From contig CAVXTH010000006.1 in the NCBI GenBank assembly GCA_963764625.1, positions 160,001-224,000 of the forward strand: a DNA stretch of 64,000 bases, in the 5' to 3' direction. Source of the DNA: Candidatus Krumholzibacteriota bacterium (GTDB lineage Bacteria > Krumholzibacteriota > Krumholzibacteriia > JAJRXK01). Made by a program: the position numbers and the translations under genes. A model generated the notes under the pieces. It had not been told where the DNA came from, searched no databases, and saw only the letters and a list, made by a program, of their open reading frames with translations. Shown one piece after another: positions 21,194 to 32,496 of the stretch; position 1 is the first letter of the stretch, and the number at the start of each line of letters is the position of its first letter.

Positions 21194-22066
21194 CTAGGTG
21201 CGGCGGGAATCCGGATCGAAGGCGTCGCGCAGACCATCTCCCAGGAAATTCAGCGCGAGCAGTGTCACGCCCAAAAAGAGTCCGGGAAACAGAATCAACC
21301 ACCAGTTCGTGTTGAGGGCGTTGATCGCCGTGGCTCCCTCGTTGGCGAGGCTTCCCCACGAAGCGTCGGGAGCTTGGACTCCGAGCCCGAGGAAAGAGAG
21401 GAACGCCTCCTCGAGCATGACGGCGGGGACGGTGAGAGTCGCGTAGACCAAAATGGGGCCGAGCATGTTGGGAAGCAGATGCCGCAGAAAGATGCGGTTC
21501 CGCGGCACACCCAGCGCGATCGAGGCTTCGATGAACTCGCTCGAACGCAGACTCTTCAATTCCCCCCGTACGATGCGGCTCATGGTGAGCCACTGGACGG
21601 CGCCCAGAGCCAAGAACAACAGCAGCAGGCTCTGTCCGAAGAAGGCGACCAAGAGGATCACGAAGAACATGAACGGCAGCGAGTAGAGCAGATCGACGAA
21701 GCGCATCATGACCTCGTCGGTCTTTCCTCCTTGCCAGCCCGCCACCATGCCCCAGCTCACTCCGATGAGCAGGCTCACCAGGGTGGCCACCACGCCCACC
21801 GCCAAACTGATGCGTCCGCCTCGCATCACCCGAGTCAACAGATCGCGGCCTACCGCATCGGTTCCGAAGGGATGCTGCCAGCTCGGAGCCTGGAGTTGAT
21901 GGGGGAGATCCTGCCGATCGTAGGAATAGGGACTCAGAGCGGGTCCGGCCAGGGCGAGGACCACCATCGCGACCAACACCCAGAGACTGACCACTGCCAC
22001 CTTGTGACGCCTCAAACGCCGCCAGGCCTCCTGAAAGGGAGAGCGGATGAGGTCGCGCTCGTTCAC
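21194..22066 (-). CDS. oppC: Oligopeptide ABC permease
   Basis: HPFGTDAVGRD, EFIEASIALG, RHLLPN, LSFLGLGVQAP..SWG. Confidence 0.9.
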   Translation of the reverse strand: MNERDLIRSPFQEAWRRLRRHKVAVVSLWVLVAMVVLALAGPALSPYSYDRQDLPHQLQAPSWQHPFGTDAVGRDLLTRVMRGGRISLAVGVVATLVSLLIGVSWGMVAGWQGGKTDEVMMRFVDLLYSLPFMFFVILLVAFFGQSLLLLFLALGAVQWLTMSRIVRGELKSLRSSEFIEASIALGVPRNRIFLRHLLPNMLGPILVYATLTVPAVMLEEAFLSFLGLGVQAPDASWGSLANEGATAINALNTNWWLILFPGLFLGVTLLALNFLGDGLRDAFDPDSRRT

Positions 22067-22980
22067 TTCAATTCCACCCTAGGATCGAGAACCGAGTAGA
22101 GCAGATCGACGAGGAGATTGAGTCCGATGAGCAAAGTGCTGTAGAGAAGCACCGTGCCCATGGCCAGGGTGTAGTCACGGTTGAGTGCCGAGTTGACGAA
22201 GAAGGTCCCCAACCCCGGGATGCTGAAGATCTTCTCGACGACGACGCTTCCCACCAGAATGGAGGCGGTGGCCGGGCCGAGATAGCTGAGCACCGGCAGG
22301 ATGGCCACGCGCAGAGCGTGTTTGGTCATGACCACCGGTTCGGTGAGTCCTTTTGCCCGGGCGGTTCGGATGAAGTCGCGCGAGAGCACTTCGATCATGC
22401 CCACGCGGGTCAGACGCGCGATGTAAGCTCCGCGAATCGCCCCCAGAGTGATCGCCGGCAGCACCAGCTGCGAAGGAGTCCCGAATCCTCCCACCGGAAG
22501 CCAACCGAGCTGAAAGACGAAGAGCAACACCAGCAACGGTCCGAGCACGAAGTTCGGAATGCAGATGCCAAGGAGCGCGAAGCCGGTGGCGAAATGATCG
22601 GGCCATCTGTTGCGGTGGACCGCGGCGAGTACCCCCAGGGGAATGCCGGTGAACAGAGCGATCAAGAGAGCGCAGAGTCCGAGAGTGAGGGAAACCGGAA
22701 GCGCCTGCGAGATGATCTCGCGCACCGACCAGCCAGGATAGCGAAACGAGGGCCCCAGGTCGCCTCGCACAAGTCCTTTTCCGTAGAGCCAGAGCTGCTC
22801 GGGGAGGGGCCGATCGAGACCGTAGCGCGCCTGTATCTGCGCCTTGACCGTGGGGTCGAGCGCACGCTCCATATCGAAGGGGCCGCCGGGGGCCAGCCGC
22901 ATGAAGAAGAAGCTGACCACGATGATGGCCAAGAACAAGGGCACGAGCGAAAGCAGTCGTCGCGTGAGATACTGCATCAT
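22063..22980 (-). CDS. oppB: Oligopeptide ABC permease
   Basis: APGGPF, GDLGPSF, DFIRTARAKGL, KHALR. Confidence 0.9.
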   Translation of the reverse strand: MMQYLTRRLLSLVPLFLAIIVVSFFFMRLAPGGPFDMERALDPTVKAQIQARYGLDRPLPEQLWLYGKGLVRGDLGPSFRYPGWSVREIISQALPVSLTLGLCALLIALFTGIPLGVLAAVHRNRWPDHFATGFALLGICIPNFVLGPLLVLLFVFQLGWLPVGGFGTPSQLVLPAITLGAIRGAYIARLTRVGMIEVLSRDFIRTARAKGLTEPVVMTKHALRVAILPVLSYLGPATASILVGSVVVEKIFSIPGLGTFFVNSALNRDYTLAMGTVLLYSTLLIGLNLLVDLLYSVLDPRVELK

Positions 22981-24539
22981 GGCTGCTTCCTCGTGCGCGC
23001 GAGGTGTTTGAGCTGCACCGTGTTCAAAAGATTGGGCTTCAGGCCGCTCCATATACTGGAGTCGTAGAGATCGGTGACGACGTAGTAGTAGAGCGGCACA
23101 ATGATGCACTCCTCTTGGGTGACGATTCTCTCGCACTCCTGGAGAATCGCCATCCTCCGCTGGGGATCGAGTTCGTTGGCGGCCGCATTCAAAAGGCTAT
23201 CGTAGCGGGTCGAGGCAAAACCGGTGCGGTTGTTTCCGTTTCCCGAACTCCAGATCGAGAGAAAGGTGTTCGGGTCGAGATAGTCGCCGATCCATCCTCC
23301 GCGGGCGATCTGAAAGTCCGTGGAGCGGGTTTTCGCCATGAACACCTTCCACTCCATGTTTCGCAGCTCCACCTGTACTCCCAGCTCGCGCTTCCACTGT
23401 TGCTGCAGGACCACCGCGATCTGCCGGTGCGCCTCACTGGTGTTGTAGAGGTAGGTCACCACGGGAAAGCCCTTGCCTCCGGGATACCCGGCCTCGGCCA
23501 GAAGCTCTCGGGCGCGATCGGGCTGGTAGGTTTGCAGCTGCACTTCGTGGTAGCCGGGCAACCCGGGCGGGACGAGGCTGTGGGCGGGGATCTGTCCTCC
23601 CCGGGTGACGTGCTGCGTGATCGCGCGGGCGTCCACCGCCAGGGCAAAGGCCTTTCGCACGCGGCGATCGTTCATGGGCTCCTGGTTTACCCCGAAGCGG
23701 AGGAAGTAGGTGTTGAGATAGGGACCCTGATGGAAATCCGGACGAGACGAAAGCTGACGCACGACGGTCGGGGGAACTCCCTCCGAGTCGACCCAATCGA
23801 GCTCTCCACTCTCGTAGCGGTTGAAGTTGCTGTTCACGTCTTCGCCGTGCATGACGTCGACGATCTTCAAACCCACGTGTCTAAGATCCCAGTAGCGCGG
23901 GTTGCGACGAAGCCGGACCCGGCGGTTGATTTCCCATTTGTCGATGCAGTACGGACCATTGCTCACGATGAACTGGGCGTGTGTCCATCGATCGCCATGC
24001 GCCTCGATCACCCACGAGGGTACGGGGTACAGGGGATAGTACGCGCAGAGGTCGAGGAAGTAGGCGACCGGGTGGGAGAGCTGCACCACAAAAGTCGTGT
24101 CGTCGGGGCACGCCATGCCCAGAGTCGAGGGATCGCTCGTTTCTTTCGAGTGGAAGCGCCGTGCGCCCACGAGAGGGTAGAGGAGGTCGGCATAGGGCGC
24201 GGCCGTGCTGGGGGTCAATAGCCGCGTCCAGGCGTATTGAAAGTCTCGGCTGCGCACCGGCTTGCCGTCGCTCCAGCGTGCGTCGCCCCGCAGATGAAAA
24301 AGATAGAGAGTTCCGGTCGCGTCGACCTCCCAGCTCCGGGCGACTCCGGGTCTCGGGGCCAGGGTGAGAGGATCACGCGTACAGAGTCCCTCGAATGCGT
24401 TGCTCAGGATCCGTCCGCCGGGCTGGGCGCTGCAGAGTCCCGGATCGAGACTCTCCGGTTCTCTACCCAGCATGGTGAAATCCGCCGCATCCTCCCTGAG
24501 TCCGCAGCCCCAGAGCACCACGACGGAAAGGATGAGCAT
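22977..24539 (-). CDS. oppA: Oligopeptide ABC substrate-binding lipoprotein (family 5)
   Basis: Lipobox LWGC; EPESLDP, ARWSDGKPV..DF.YAW, SNGPY, GWIGDYLDP. Start position approximate. Confidence 0.88.
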   Translation of the reverse strand: MLILSVVVLWGCGLREDAADFTMLGREPESLDPGLCSAQPGGRILSNAFEGLCTRDPLTLAPRPGVARSWEVDATGTLYLFHLRGDARWSDGKPVRSRDFQYAWTRLLTPSTAAPYADLLYPLVGARRFHSKETSDPSTLGMACPDDTTFVVQLSHPVAYFLDLCAYYPLYPVPSWVIEAHGDRWTHAQFIVSNGPYCIDKWEINRRVRLRRNPRYWDLRHVGLKIVDVMHGEDVNSNFNRYESGELDWVDSEGVPPTVVRQLSSRPDFHQGPYLNTYFLRFGVNQEPMNDRRVRKAFALAVDARAITQHVTRGGQIPAHSLVPPGLPGYHEVQLQTYQPDRARELLAEAGYPGGKGFPVVTYLYNTSEAHRQIAVVLQQQWKRELGVQVELRNMEWKVFMAKTRSTDFQIARGGWIGDYLDPNTFLSIWSSGNGNNRTGFASTRYDSLLNAAANELDPQRRMAILQECERIVTQEECIIVPLYYYVVTDLYDSSIWSGLKPNLLNTVQLKHLARTRKQP

Positions 24540-24752
24540 TCCCCTTCGAGCCCAGATTCGTTGCAGCCACCGGAAGGCCACGCGTTCCGCCCTTTCGCAT
24601 GAGTGGGGCGGGGTGATTGTAAGGGTTTCCCCTTCGCGGTCCAGACCTGAAGCGAGTCGCCCGTGAAGTGTTCTCGCGCCACGGGGCCCTAGAGTGTATA
24701 AGAGAGAGGACGCCCCGGACTTTCCACTACGCCCCCGGAGATCCTGGCATTC

Positions 24753-26183
24753 ATGAACGATCTGCCGCTCTTCGCCACCACCTCCCCACAAGACGACGCC
24801 ACGTGGTCGGTGACGCGCCTGAACGAGGCGATTTCGCACGCGCTTTCCGAACGCTTCCCCCAGGAGATCTGGGTACGCGGGGAGATCCAGGGGCTCGCGC
24901 GTACGCGAATGCGCAAGCACTGGTATTTCGAATTGGTAGAAAAGGAAGAGTTCGGCGATGGAGTGAAGGGAAAGCTCTCGGTGGCGCTTCTCTCGTGGAA
25001 TCGGGGACCGGTAGACCGGACCATCACGAGCTCGCCGGGCTTTGGTCTCGATGACGACATCGAGGTCCGGATTCGCGGCCGGGTCGATTTCTATCCACCG
25101 TTCGGAAAACTCCAATTCATGATGACCGGGGTGGATCCGGCGTTCACGCTGGGACAGTTGGCCTTGCAGCGCGAGCGGGTGCTGCGGGCCCTCAGCGCGG
25201 AAGGTCTGCTCAGGGCCAATGCCTCACGGACGATGCCCCTGGTTCCGGCGCGGATCGGACTCATAACCAGCGTGGGTAGCGCGGCCTACAATGATTTCGT
25301 CAACGAGCTGCAACAAGGTGGATTCGGCCACGTGCTCATGGTGGCGGACGCGCGCGTTCAGGGAATCGAGGCCGAACGCACTCTGCTCGCCGCGCTGGCC
25401 ACGCTTCGCAAGCTCGATCTCGATTTGATCGCCATCGTGAGGGGAGGGGGCAGCCAGAGCGACCTGGCGGCGTTTGACAGCGAAGCCCTGGCCCGCGCGA
25501 TCTGCAAGATGCCCATTCCGGTACTCACCGGAATTGGTCACGAGATCGACACTTCGGTGGCGGATCACGTGGCGCACACCGCGTACAAGACACCTACCGC
25601 ATGCGCTGCCGCTCTGGTCTCGATGACGGCCAACTTTGTCGATCTGCTGCAAGAGCGCGTCGGCGAGATCATTCAGCTCGCGGAAAAGAGAACCGCCATG
25701 GAGCATCATCGTCTGATGATGGGGGCGCAGGTGGCGAGTTCCCGCGCCAAGGCGCTCATCGTCTCCGCAGGGCGCGATCTGTCGGAGGCCGAGAGAAATC
25801 TCATTCGGGAGACGCCGCGGGCGGTTGTGCTCGCCAGTTCCAGGCTCGAGCGCATCGCCGGCGAGCTTCGCGGGGCGGGACGCCTGGTTCTGCATCGAGC
25901 CGATCAAACTCTGAAGACGTCGCGCGCCCACTTGAGCCTCCCTCGGCTTCGAACTCTGCTGCACCGCCGCGAGGAGAAGCTCAACGCGCACCAAACTCGG
26001 GTGCGGCTTCTGGATCCCCGCAAAGTCCTCGCGAGGGGATACAGTATCGCTCGCGGCCCGACCGGTACCGTCGTGCGCCGCGCGGAGGACCTGAAGCGCG
26101 GGGACCTCATGATCACGCAATTGGCTCTGGGAAGGGTGAAGAGCAAAGTCGAGGAATGCCAAAAGGAGAACGAAAACCCATGA
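24753..26183 (+). CDS. xseA: Exodeoxyribonuclease VII large subunit
   Basis: WVRGEI..HWYFEL, IGLITS, VRGGGS..DL..FD, GIGHEID, LARGYS. Confidence 0.93.
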   Translation: MNDLPLFATTSPQDDATWSVTRLNEAISHALSERFPQEIWVRGEIQGLARTRMRKHWYFELVEKEEFGDGVKGKLSVALLSWNRGPVDRTITSSPGFGLDDDIEVRIRGRVDFYPPFGKLQFMMTGVDPAFTLGQLALQRERVLRALSAEGLLRANASRTMPLVPARIGLITSVGSAAYNDFVNELQQGGFGHVLMVADARVQGIEAERTLLAALATLRKLDLDLIAIVRGGGSQSDLAAFDSEALARAICKMPIPVLTGIGHEIDTSVADHVAHTAYKTPTACAAALVSMTANFVDLLQERVGEIIQLAEKRTAMEHHRLMMGAQVASSRAKALIVSAGRDLSEAERNLIRETPRAVVLASSRLERIAGELRGAGRLVLHRADQTLKTSRAHLSLPRLRTLLHRREEKLNAHQTRVRLLDPRKVLARGYSIARGPTGTVVRRAEDLKRGDLMITQLALGRVKSKVEECQKENENP

Positions 26184-26434
26184 ATGCGAAGAAGGCCCAG
26201 ACCAAAGCGCCACGCTACGCCGAAGCCATGGAGGAGTTGGAGACCATTCTCGCGCAACTCGAGGAGGAATCGGTGGATGTGGACGAGCTCACGGCCAAGG
26301 TGAAACGGGCCAGCGAACTGATCCAGTTCTGCCGAGACCGGCTGAGCAATACGCGACTGGAGATCGAGCAGGTCGTGGCCGAACTGCAGGCGGTCGAGAA
26401 AGAAGAGAACTCGGAGGACGAAGAGCGATCGTGA
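26180..26434 (+). CDS. xseB: Exodeoxyribonuclease VII small subunit
   Basis: YAEAMEELETILAQLE...VDEL...L..FC...L. ATGA overlap with xseA. Confidence 0.9.
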   Translation: MNAKKAQTKAPRYAEAMEELETILAQLEEESVDVDELTAKVKRASELIQFCRDRLSNTRLEIEQVVAELQAVEKEENSEDEERS

Positions 26435-28279
26435 ATTCCGCGAGTCGGAGTGAACCCCAGCTCAGCGGCGAGGAACTGGACCGGAAGTGGCGTGACGAAG
26501 TCTACGTCGCCGACGGAAGCCCCCAACTCACGCTTCGGTCCACGCTGACCGGAGTCGTCTTGGGCTGTCTGCTCGCCTTGAGCAACCTCTACGCGGGCCT
26601 GAAGACCGGCTGGTCGTTCAGCATCGCGATCACTGCCTGCATTCTCTCCTTTTCGTTCTGGCGTCTGTTGATGGTGGCCAAGCCCGGTTCGCGTTCCCCG
26701 GAAATCCTCGAAGACAACTGCATGCAGTCGACCGCTTCCGCGGCGGGCTACACCATCGTGGCTCTGCTCGTCTCGGCGATTCCCGCCTACCTCATGGTCA
26801 CCGGAGTGAGGATTCGCGCGGGATGGCTCATGCTCTGGGTGTTCTTCTCGGCCGCCCTGGGCCTGATGCTCTTCATTCCCTTCAAGCGCCAGCTCGTCAA
26901 CGACGAGAGTCTGGTGTTTCCCAGTGGCGTCGCCGCGGCCGAGACCCTGCGTGGCCTGCACGCCAAGGACGGAGAGTCTCTGCGGCACGCCCGGGGGCTC
27001 TTTTCCGGCATGGGCCTGGGCGCTCTGGGATCGTGGCTCGGCACGAACAACGCGTTCAGCTTGGTGGCGTCTCCCCAGGATTCCCGAAACCGTATTCGCG
27101 CCCGGTTCGATCTCGGGGGTCTCGCTTTCGCCGCTGACGGTCGGCCTGGATCTGGCCGGCGTGTCTTTGGCGGGTGGAGCCCTCATCGGGATCCGAATTT
27201 CCCTGTGGATGCTCGCCGGGTCGACGGCGATCTACCTGGTGATTGCTCCCTGGCTGGTGTCGAATCACTACATCGTGGGTGAGGTGGGGTACCGCACGGT
27301 GCAGAATGGCTTCGCGCTCTGGCTCGGTGCCTCGCTCATGGTCGGCGCGTCGTTGGCGGATCTGTTCTTTCAACGTCACACGATGGGGCGCGCGTTTTCG
27401 GGTCTGTGGAGGATTTTGCGCGGGGGCTCGAAGTCCGCTAGACACGATCCCATGGCCGAAATCGAAGTACCCGACTGGTGGTCTCTGGTGGGGCTTGGGT
27501 TCTGCGCGGTCGGCCTGGCCGTGACCGGCATCCTGGCCTTCGCCATTTCCCCTTTGTCCCTGCTCGCCGCCCTCATCTTGAGCCTTCTCTTCGTGGTCGT
27601 GGCCACGCGCGCGGTAGGGGAAACCGATCTCATCCCGGTGGGTCAACTCGGAAAGCTGGCGCAGCTCACCTTCGGGGGACTGGCGCCGCGCCGGCTCAGC
27701 ACCAATCTGATGGCCACCGGGATGAGCGTGAGCTCCGCCGCCTCTGCGGCCGATCTCGCGACCAACCTCAAGTGCGGACGCATCCTGGGAGGGAATCCAC
27801 GGAAGCAGTTTCAGGCGCAGCTCTTGGGCACTCTGGCAGGGGCCCTGGTAGTGGTTCCCGCCTTCTACGTGCTCGTACCCGACGTCAGCGTTCTCGGCAC
27901 GCCCCAGCTTCCCGCTCCCGCCGCGGCCGCCTGGCGCGCGATCGCGGAGTTGACGTCCAGCGGTTTGAGCGCGCTCGAACCCGCGGCTCGTCTCGGTTTG
28001 GTGGTGGGACTCATGCTGGGCTTGATCCTCTCGACGATCGCGCAGCTGTGGCCCGAGAGAAAGTGGACGCCCAGTGCCTTCGGTTTGGGCTTGGGAATGG
28101 TGATTCCCTTCAGCCAATCCACTGCCTTCGTGGTCGGCGCCCTGCTCGCCATCCTCGTGCGACGCCTGAGCCCCTCGCGCGCTGAGGCCTACACCGTTCC
28201 CGTCGCCAGCGGAATCATCGCGGGGGAAAGCCTGCTCGGCGTTCTCTTCGGAACTCTGGCCGCTCTGGGCCTCATGTAG
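26431..28279 (+). CDS. OPT-family oligopeptide transporter (apparent +1 frameshift near 27060)
   Basis: QLTLRS, NLYAGLKTGW, EDNCMQSTASAAG, LVFPSG.AAAETL, then RAVGETD, LKCG.ILG.NPR.Q, PAPAA..W, ASGIIAGESL. Confidence 0.85.
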
Positions 28280-28745
28280 ACCGTTCGCAGAGCTCCAGGA
28301 GAACTCCACCAGTGGAGCGGGGATGGCAGAAGGCGATGAGTTTGTTCGAGGCTCCCCGGCGGGGCGTTTCGTCGATCATCGAGATGCCGGCTTCACGCAG
28401 CGCCTTCGCCGCCGCTGCGCAGTCCTTCACCCTGAGGGCCAGGTGGTGAAGCCCCGGTCCGTGCTTCTTCAGAAACTTCGCCACCGGGCTCGTGTCCGAA
28501 GTGGGTTCCAAGAGCTCGAGGTGCGCGCCCTTCAGATCGAAGATGGCCACGTGCACCCCGTCGCTCTCGATCGTCTCTAAGCCCAGCAGCGGAAGCTCGA
28601 GCAGATCGCGGTACAGAGGCAGGGTTTCTTTTAGACTCATGACCGCGATTCCTAGATGGTCCAGTCCATCGCAGAGAGGTCTCAGCTCGGGGGGGAGCCC
28701 GAGGATGGCCTTGCGCAGGAGCTCGGGATGGTCGGGTAAGTTCAC
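28272..28745 (-). CDS. mce: Methylmalonyl-CoA epimerase
   Basis: DHLGIAV, LELLEP, GLHHLAL, FCHPRSTGGVLLEL; follows the pcc genes. Confidence 0.9.
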   Translation of the reverse strand: MNLPDHPELLRKAILGLPPELRPLCDGLDHLGIAVMSLKETLPLYRDLLELPLLGLETIESDGVHVAIFDLKGAHLELLEPTSDTSPVAKFLKKHGPGLHHLALRVKDCAAAAKALREAGISMIDETPRRGASNKLIAFCHPRSTGGVLLELCERST

Positions 28746-29278
28746 TGCGCCTCCGCTGCTTTCGGCTGCAGACGCAGGAGCGCCGTGCCCGCCGCAACCG
28801 TGCTGCCTGCTTTTACCAGGATTTCGCTCACCACTCCCGAGCTCGGCGAGGACAACTCGTTCTGCATCTTCATTGCTTCGAGGATGACCAGGGCCTGCCC
28901 GGCCTCCACCTCGTCACCCACCGAGCACTTGTATTCGACGACGAGCCCCGGCATGTCGGCCGAGACTTCCGCGCGCGAGGAGCCGGCATGAACCTGCTCG
29001 GCCGCGGCCGCGGCCAGCTCGTCGAGCACTTCGACTTTGCCGCCGCGTCCTCCCAAGAGCGCTGCGTGCCACGAGCTTCCCGGAGGAGTGAGATCGACGA
29101 GGTACATCCGGCCGTTTTGCCGAATGCTGACGGTCCGGCCTCCGTCGAGCACCAGAGCGTCGGTGATGAGCGCGCCGGTGGGAGTTTCCACCCACACCTT
29201 TCCGGCGCCATCGCGCACCACGGCCGCTTTCAGATCCTCGCCAAAGAGCCGGGTGATATAGGTCTTGCGGAGTTCCAC
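28742..29278 (-). CDS. Biotin carboxyl carrier protein
   Basis: MPGLVV...LEAMKMQNEL biotinylation motif. Confidence 0.9.
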   Translation of the reverse strand: MELRKTYITRLFGEDLKAAVVRDGAGKVWVETPTGALITDALVLDGGRTVSIRQNGRMYLVDLTPPGSSWHAALLGGRGGKVEVLDELAAAAAEQVHAGSSRAEVSADMPGLVVEYKCSVGDEVEAGQALVILEAMKMQNELSSPSSGVVSEILVKAGSTVAAGTALLRLQPKAAEAQ

Positions 29279-29286
29279 GCTGCCCC

Positions 29287-30810
29287 CTAGTCGAGCCTGC
29301 CGGTCATGGCGAGACGCCCGTACTGCCCCCACGCCGACAGAGGCGCCGGTTGCTCGCTGTGTCCGCCGTTCGCGTCACCCACTCCTGCTTCCACCAGCGC
29401 GAGCGCGGCCGCGAGAGCTTCCTTCTCGTCCGGCGCCAGATTGCTCTTGAGTTTGGCGGGATCGAAACACTCTTCGAGAAAGCGCGTGCTGTAGAGCCCC
29501 TTCACGAACTCAGGTTGCTCGAGCACCCAGCGGTGTAGGGGGATATTGTGAATCAAGCCCAGAATGCGGTAATCGGCGAGGGCGCGCCGCCCGCGCGCGA
29601 TGGCGGCCTGCCGGCTCTCGGCGGACACGATCAGTTTGGCGAGCAGCGGATCGTAGAAGACCGGAATCACGTAGCCCTCGCGCAAACCGCGGTCGTTGCG
29701 TACTCCGGCGCCCACCGGCATTCGCAAGCGGTGCACCGTGCCCGGACTGGGCGCGAAGTTCTGCCAGGGGTTCTCGGCGTACACCCGGAATTCAATTGCA
29801 TGGCCTCGCTGATACAGGTCTTCTTGCTTCCAGGGAATTCCCTCGCCCCGCGCGACTCTGACCTGCGCCGCCACCAGGTCGACCCCCACGACTTCCTCGG
29901 TGACCGGATGTTCCACCTGGAGCCGGGTGTTCATCTCCAGGAAGTAGAAGTGATCGTTCTCGTCGGCGATGAACTCGACGGTGCCAGCGCCGCGATAGTT
30001 GACAGAGCGCGCGGCCTGCAGCGCGGCTTCGCAGAGCTTTTGTCGGGTCTTTTCGGTGATGGAAGGGGAAGGAGACTCCTCGATCACCTTCTGGTGGCGG
30101 CGTTGGACGCTGCACTCGCGCTCGAAGAGATGGACCGCGTTGCCCTTGCCGTCGCCCAAAATCTGCACTTCGAGGTGGCGCGGGTGCTCGATGAACTTCT
30201 CCAGAAACACCGAAGAGTCCCCGAACGCTCCCTTGGCCTCACCCCGTGTCCGATCCAAAAAACTCGCCATTTCCTTCTCGGACTGCACCACCCGCATTCC
30301 CTTCCCGCCTCCACCGGCCGCCGCCTTGAGCAGTACCGGGTAGCCGATGGCTTTCGCCGCCTTCAGGGCGGAGGGAAGGTCTTCCAGCGCGCTCGAGTTG
30401 CCGGGAACCACCGGGACTCTCGCCTTTTCCATGAGCGCTCGGGCCGAGAGCTTGTTGCCCATGCTCTGCATGCTCTCCGGCGTGGGTCCGATGAAACACA
30501 GCCCCGCATCTTCGACCGCGCGCGCGAACTCGGCATTCTCACTCAAGAACCCGTAGCCGGGATGAATCGCGTCGGCCTTTGCCTGGCGAGCCGCGTCGAG
30601 AATCTTGTCGATGCGGAGATAGCTCTCGCTCGAGGGCCCATCCCCCAGGGGATATGCCTCGTCCGCCTGCAGCGTGTGCAGGGCAGTCCGATCGGGTGCG
30701 CTGTAGACGGCGCACGCGGTGATGCCCATTTCGCGCAAGGTCTGCTGGATGCGTACCGAGATTTCACCTCGGTTGGCAATGAGGACTTTCTTGAGAGTTG
30801 AGGCGCTCAA
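29287..30810 (-). CDS. accC: Biotin carboxylase subunit (propionyl/acetyl-CoA carboxylase)
   Basis: IANRGEI, HPGYGFLSEN, GGGGKGM, ERECSVQRRHQK, EMNTRLQVEH. Confidence 0.93.
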   Translation of the reverse strand: MSASTLKKVLIANRGEISVRIQQTLREMGITACAVYSAPDRTALHTLQADEAYPLGDGPSSESYLRIDKILDAARQAKADAIHPGYGFLSENAEFARAVEDAGLCFIGPTPESMQSMGNKLSARALMEKARVPVVPGNSSALEDLPSALKAAKAIGYPVLLKAAAGGGGKGMRVVQSEKEMASFLDRTRGEAKGAFGDSSVFLEKFIEHPRHLEVQILGDGKGNAVHLFERECSVQRRHQKVIEESPSPSITEKTRQKLCEAALQAARSVNYRGAGTVEFIADENDHFYFLEMNTRLQVEHPVTEEVVGVDLVAAQVRVARGEGIPWKQEDLYQRGHAIEFRVYAENPWQNFAPSPGTVHRLRMPVGAGVRNDRGLREGYVIPVFYDPLLAKLIVSAESRQAAIARGRRALADYRILGLIHNIPLHRWVLEQPEFVKGLYSTRFLEECFDPAKLKSNLAPDEKEALAAALALVEAGVGDANGGHSEQPAPLSAWGQYGRLAMTGRLD

Positions 30811-30819
30811 GGGTGGCTC

Positions 30820-32376
30820 CTACAGCGGAATGTTGCCGTGCTTCTTGCGGGGCGTTTCCTGCTTCTTGTTGCGTAGCCTCCTGAGGGCGGCGATGAGCAA
30901 CGGACGGGTATCGCGGGGTTCGATCACGTCGTCGAGGTATCCGAGGCTCGCGGCCACGTACGGATTCGCGAGCCTCGCCTCGTACTCGGCGACTCTCTGC
31001 TTGCGCACCACGTCGGGATCCTCCGCCTGATCGATCTCTTTGCGGTAGATGATGTTGACCGCACCCTCGGGCCCCATGACTGCGAGCTCGGCGCTGGGCC
31101 AGGCCACGTTCCAGTCCCCTCTGATGTGCTTGGAGCTCATGACGTCGTAGGCCCCGCCGTAAGCCTTGCGGGTGATGACCGTCAGTTTGGGCACGGTAGC
31201 TTCACAGTAGGCGAAGAGAAGCTTGGCGCCGTGCTTGATGAGGCCTCCGAACTCCTGGCGAGTGCCGGGGAGAAAGCCCGGAACGTCTTCGAAAGTGACC
31301 AGAGGAATGTTGAAGCAGTCGCAACTACGCACGAAGCGCGCAGCCTTCAGGCTCGCGTCGATGTCGAGTACTCCGGCCAGGGTCTTGGGTTGGTTGCCCA
31401 CGATTCCCACGCTCGCCCCGCCCAGGCGCGCGAAGCCACACACGATGTTCCGCGCGTACGCGGGTTGAATCTCCAGGAACTCACCGTCGTCCACCACGAG
31501 CCGAATGACTTCCTTGATGTCGTACGGTTGCTTGGAGCTGTCGGGAATGATCTCGTTGAGACGATTCTCGCGTCGATCGATGGGATCGGTGCAACTGACG
31601 GCCGGCGGATCTTCCAGGTTGTTCTGGGGAAGGTAGCTCAAGAGCTTCTTCAGCATCAGCAGACACTCTTGATCGCTTTGCGCTTTCATGTGGGCCACGC
31701 CGCTCTTGATGTTGTGCGTGTCGGCTCCGCCCAGCTCTTCGAAAGTGACGTCCTCGTTCGTGACCATCTTGATCACGTTGGGCCCGGTCACGAACATGTG
31801 ACTCGTCTTTTCCACCATGATGGTGAAATCGGTGATCGCGGGGCTGTACACCGCGCCACCGGCGCAAGGGCCCATGATCGCGCTGATCTGAGGGACTACT
31901 CCTGAGGCCTGGGTGTTGCGCCAGAAGATCTCGGCGTAGCCGGCAAGGCTCTCGACGCCCTCCTGAATGCGCGCGCCACCGCTGTCGTTCAGCCCGATGA
32001 CCGGCGCGCCGCTCTTGAGCGCTTCATCCATGATGCGGCAGATCTTCTCCGCGTTGGCCATGCTCATGCTTCCGCCGAACACGGTGAAGTCTTGCGCAAA
32101 GAGGTAGACCAGGCGGCCGTCCACCTTGCCGGCCCCGGTGATGATGCCGTCGCCCAAAGGGCGCGTTTTTTCCATTCCCAAGTCGTGGCAACGGTGGGTG
32201 ACGAAGACTCCCGTTTCCTGAAAGGTGCCTTCGTCGAGAAGGAGGTGGATGCGCTCGCGGGCCGTGAGCCGACCGGAGGCGTGGATCTTGTCGATCCGGG
32301 CCTGTCCTCCTCCCAGGAGGGCTTCCTGGTGCTTGGCGGCCAGCTCTTGGATCTTCTTTTGAGTGTTCTCGCCCAT
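30820..32376 (-). CDS. pccB: Propionyl-CoA carboxylase carboxyltransferase subunit
   Basis: [46 protein letters not shown]. Confidence 0.93.
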   Translation of the reverse strand: MGENTQKKIQELAAKHQEALLGGGQARIDKIHASGRLTARERIHLLLDEGTFQETGVFVTHRCHDLGMEKTRPLGDGIITGAGKVDGRLVYLFAQDFTVFGGSMSMANAEKICRIMDEALKSGAPVIGLNDSGGARIQEGVESLAGYAEIFWRNTQASGVVPQISAIMGPCAGGAVYSPAITDFTIMVEKTSHMFVTGPNVIKMVTNEDVTFEELGGADTHNIKSGVAHMKAQSDQECLLMLKKLLSYLPQNNLEDPPAVSCTDPIDRRENRLNEIIPDSSKQPYDIKEVIRLVVDDGEFLEIQPAYARNIVCGFARLGGASVGIVGNQPKTLAGVLDIDASLKAARFVRSCDCFNIPLVTFEDVPGFLPGTRQEFGGLIKHGAKLLFAYCEATVPKLTVITRKAYGGAYDVMSSKHIRGDWNVAWPSAELAVMGPEGAVNIIYRKEIDQAEDPDVVRKQRVAEYEARLANPYVAASLGYLDDVIEPRDTRPLLIAALRRLRNKKQETPRKKHGNIPL

Positions 32377-32496
32377 GGTTCCAAAGGGGTATTGGTGCGG
32401 CGCGCCTGGCTACGCCTGCGACCGTGGATTCGTTCCGAGGGTCCAAGAGAAAATAGACTAACAGAGGAGGGAATTCAGTGCTTCAAAGAAAACGCC

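Noticed and set aside
21340-21365. SWGSL in OppC resembling the tail motif
   Set aside because: It is an internal, well-known conserved OppC segment, not C-terminal, and lacks the Lys.
24540-25115. Long N-terminal extension of the OppA ORF
   Set aside because: It overlaps xseA on the opposite strand, and the lipobox places the start near 24539.
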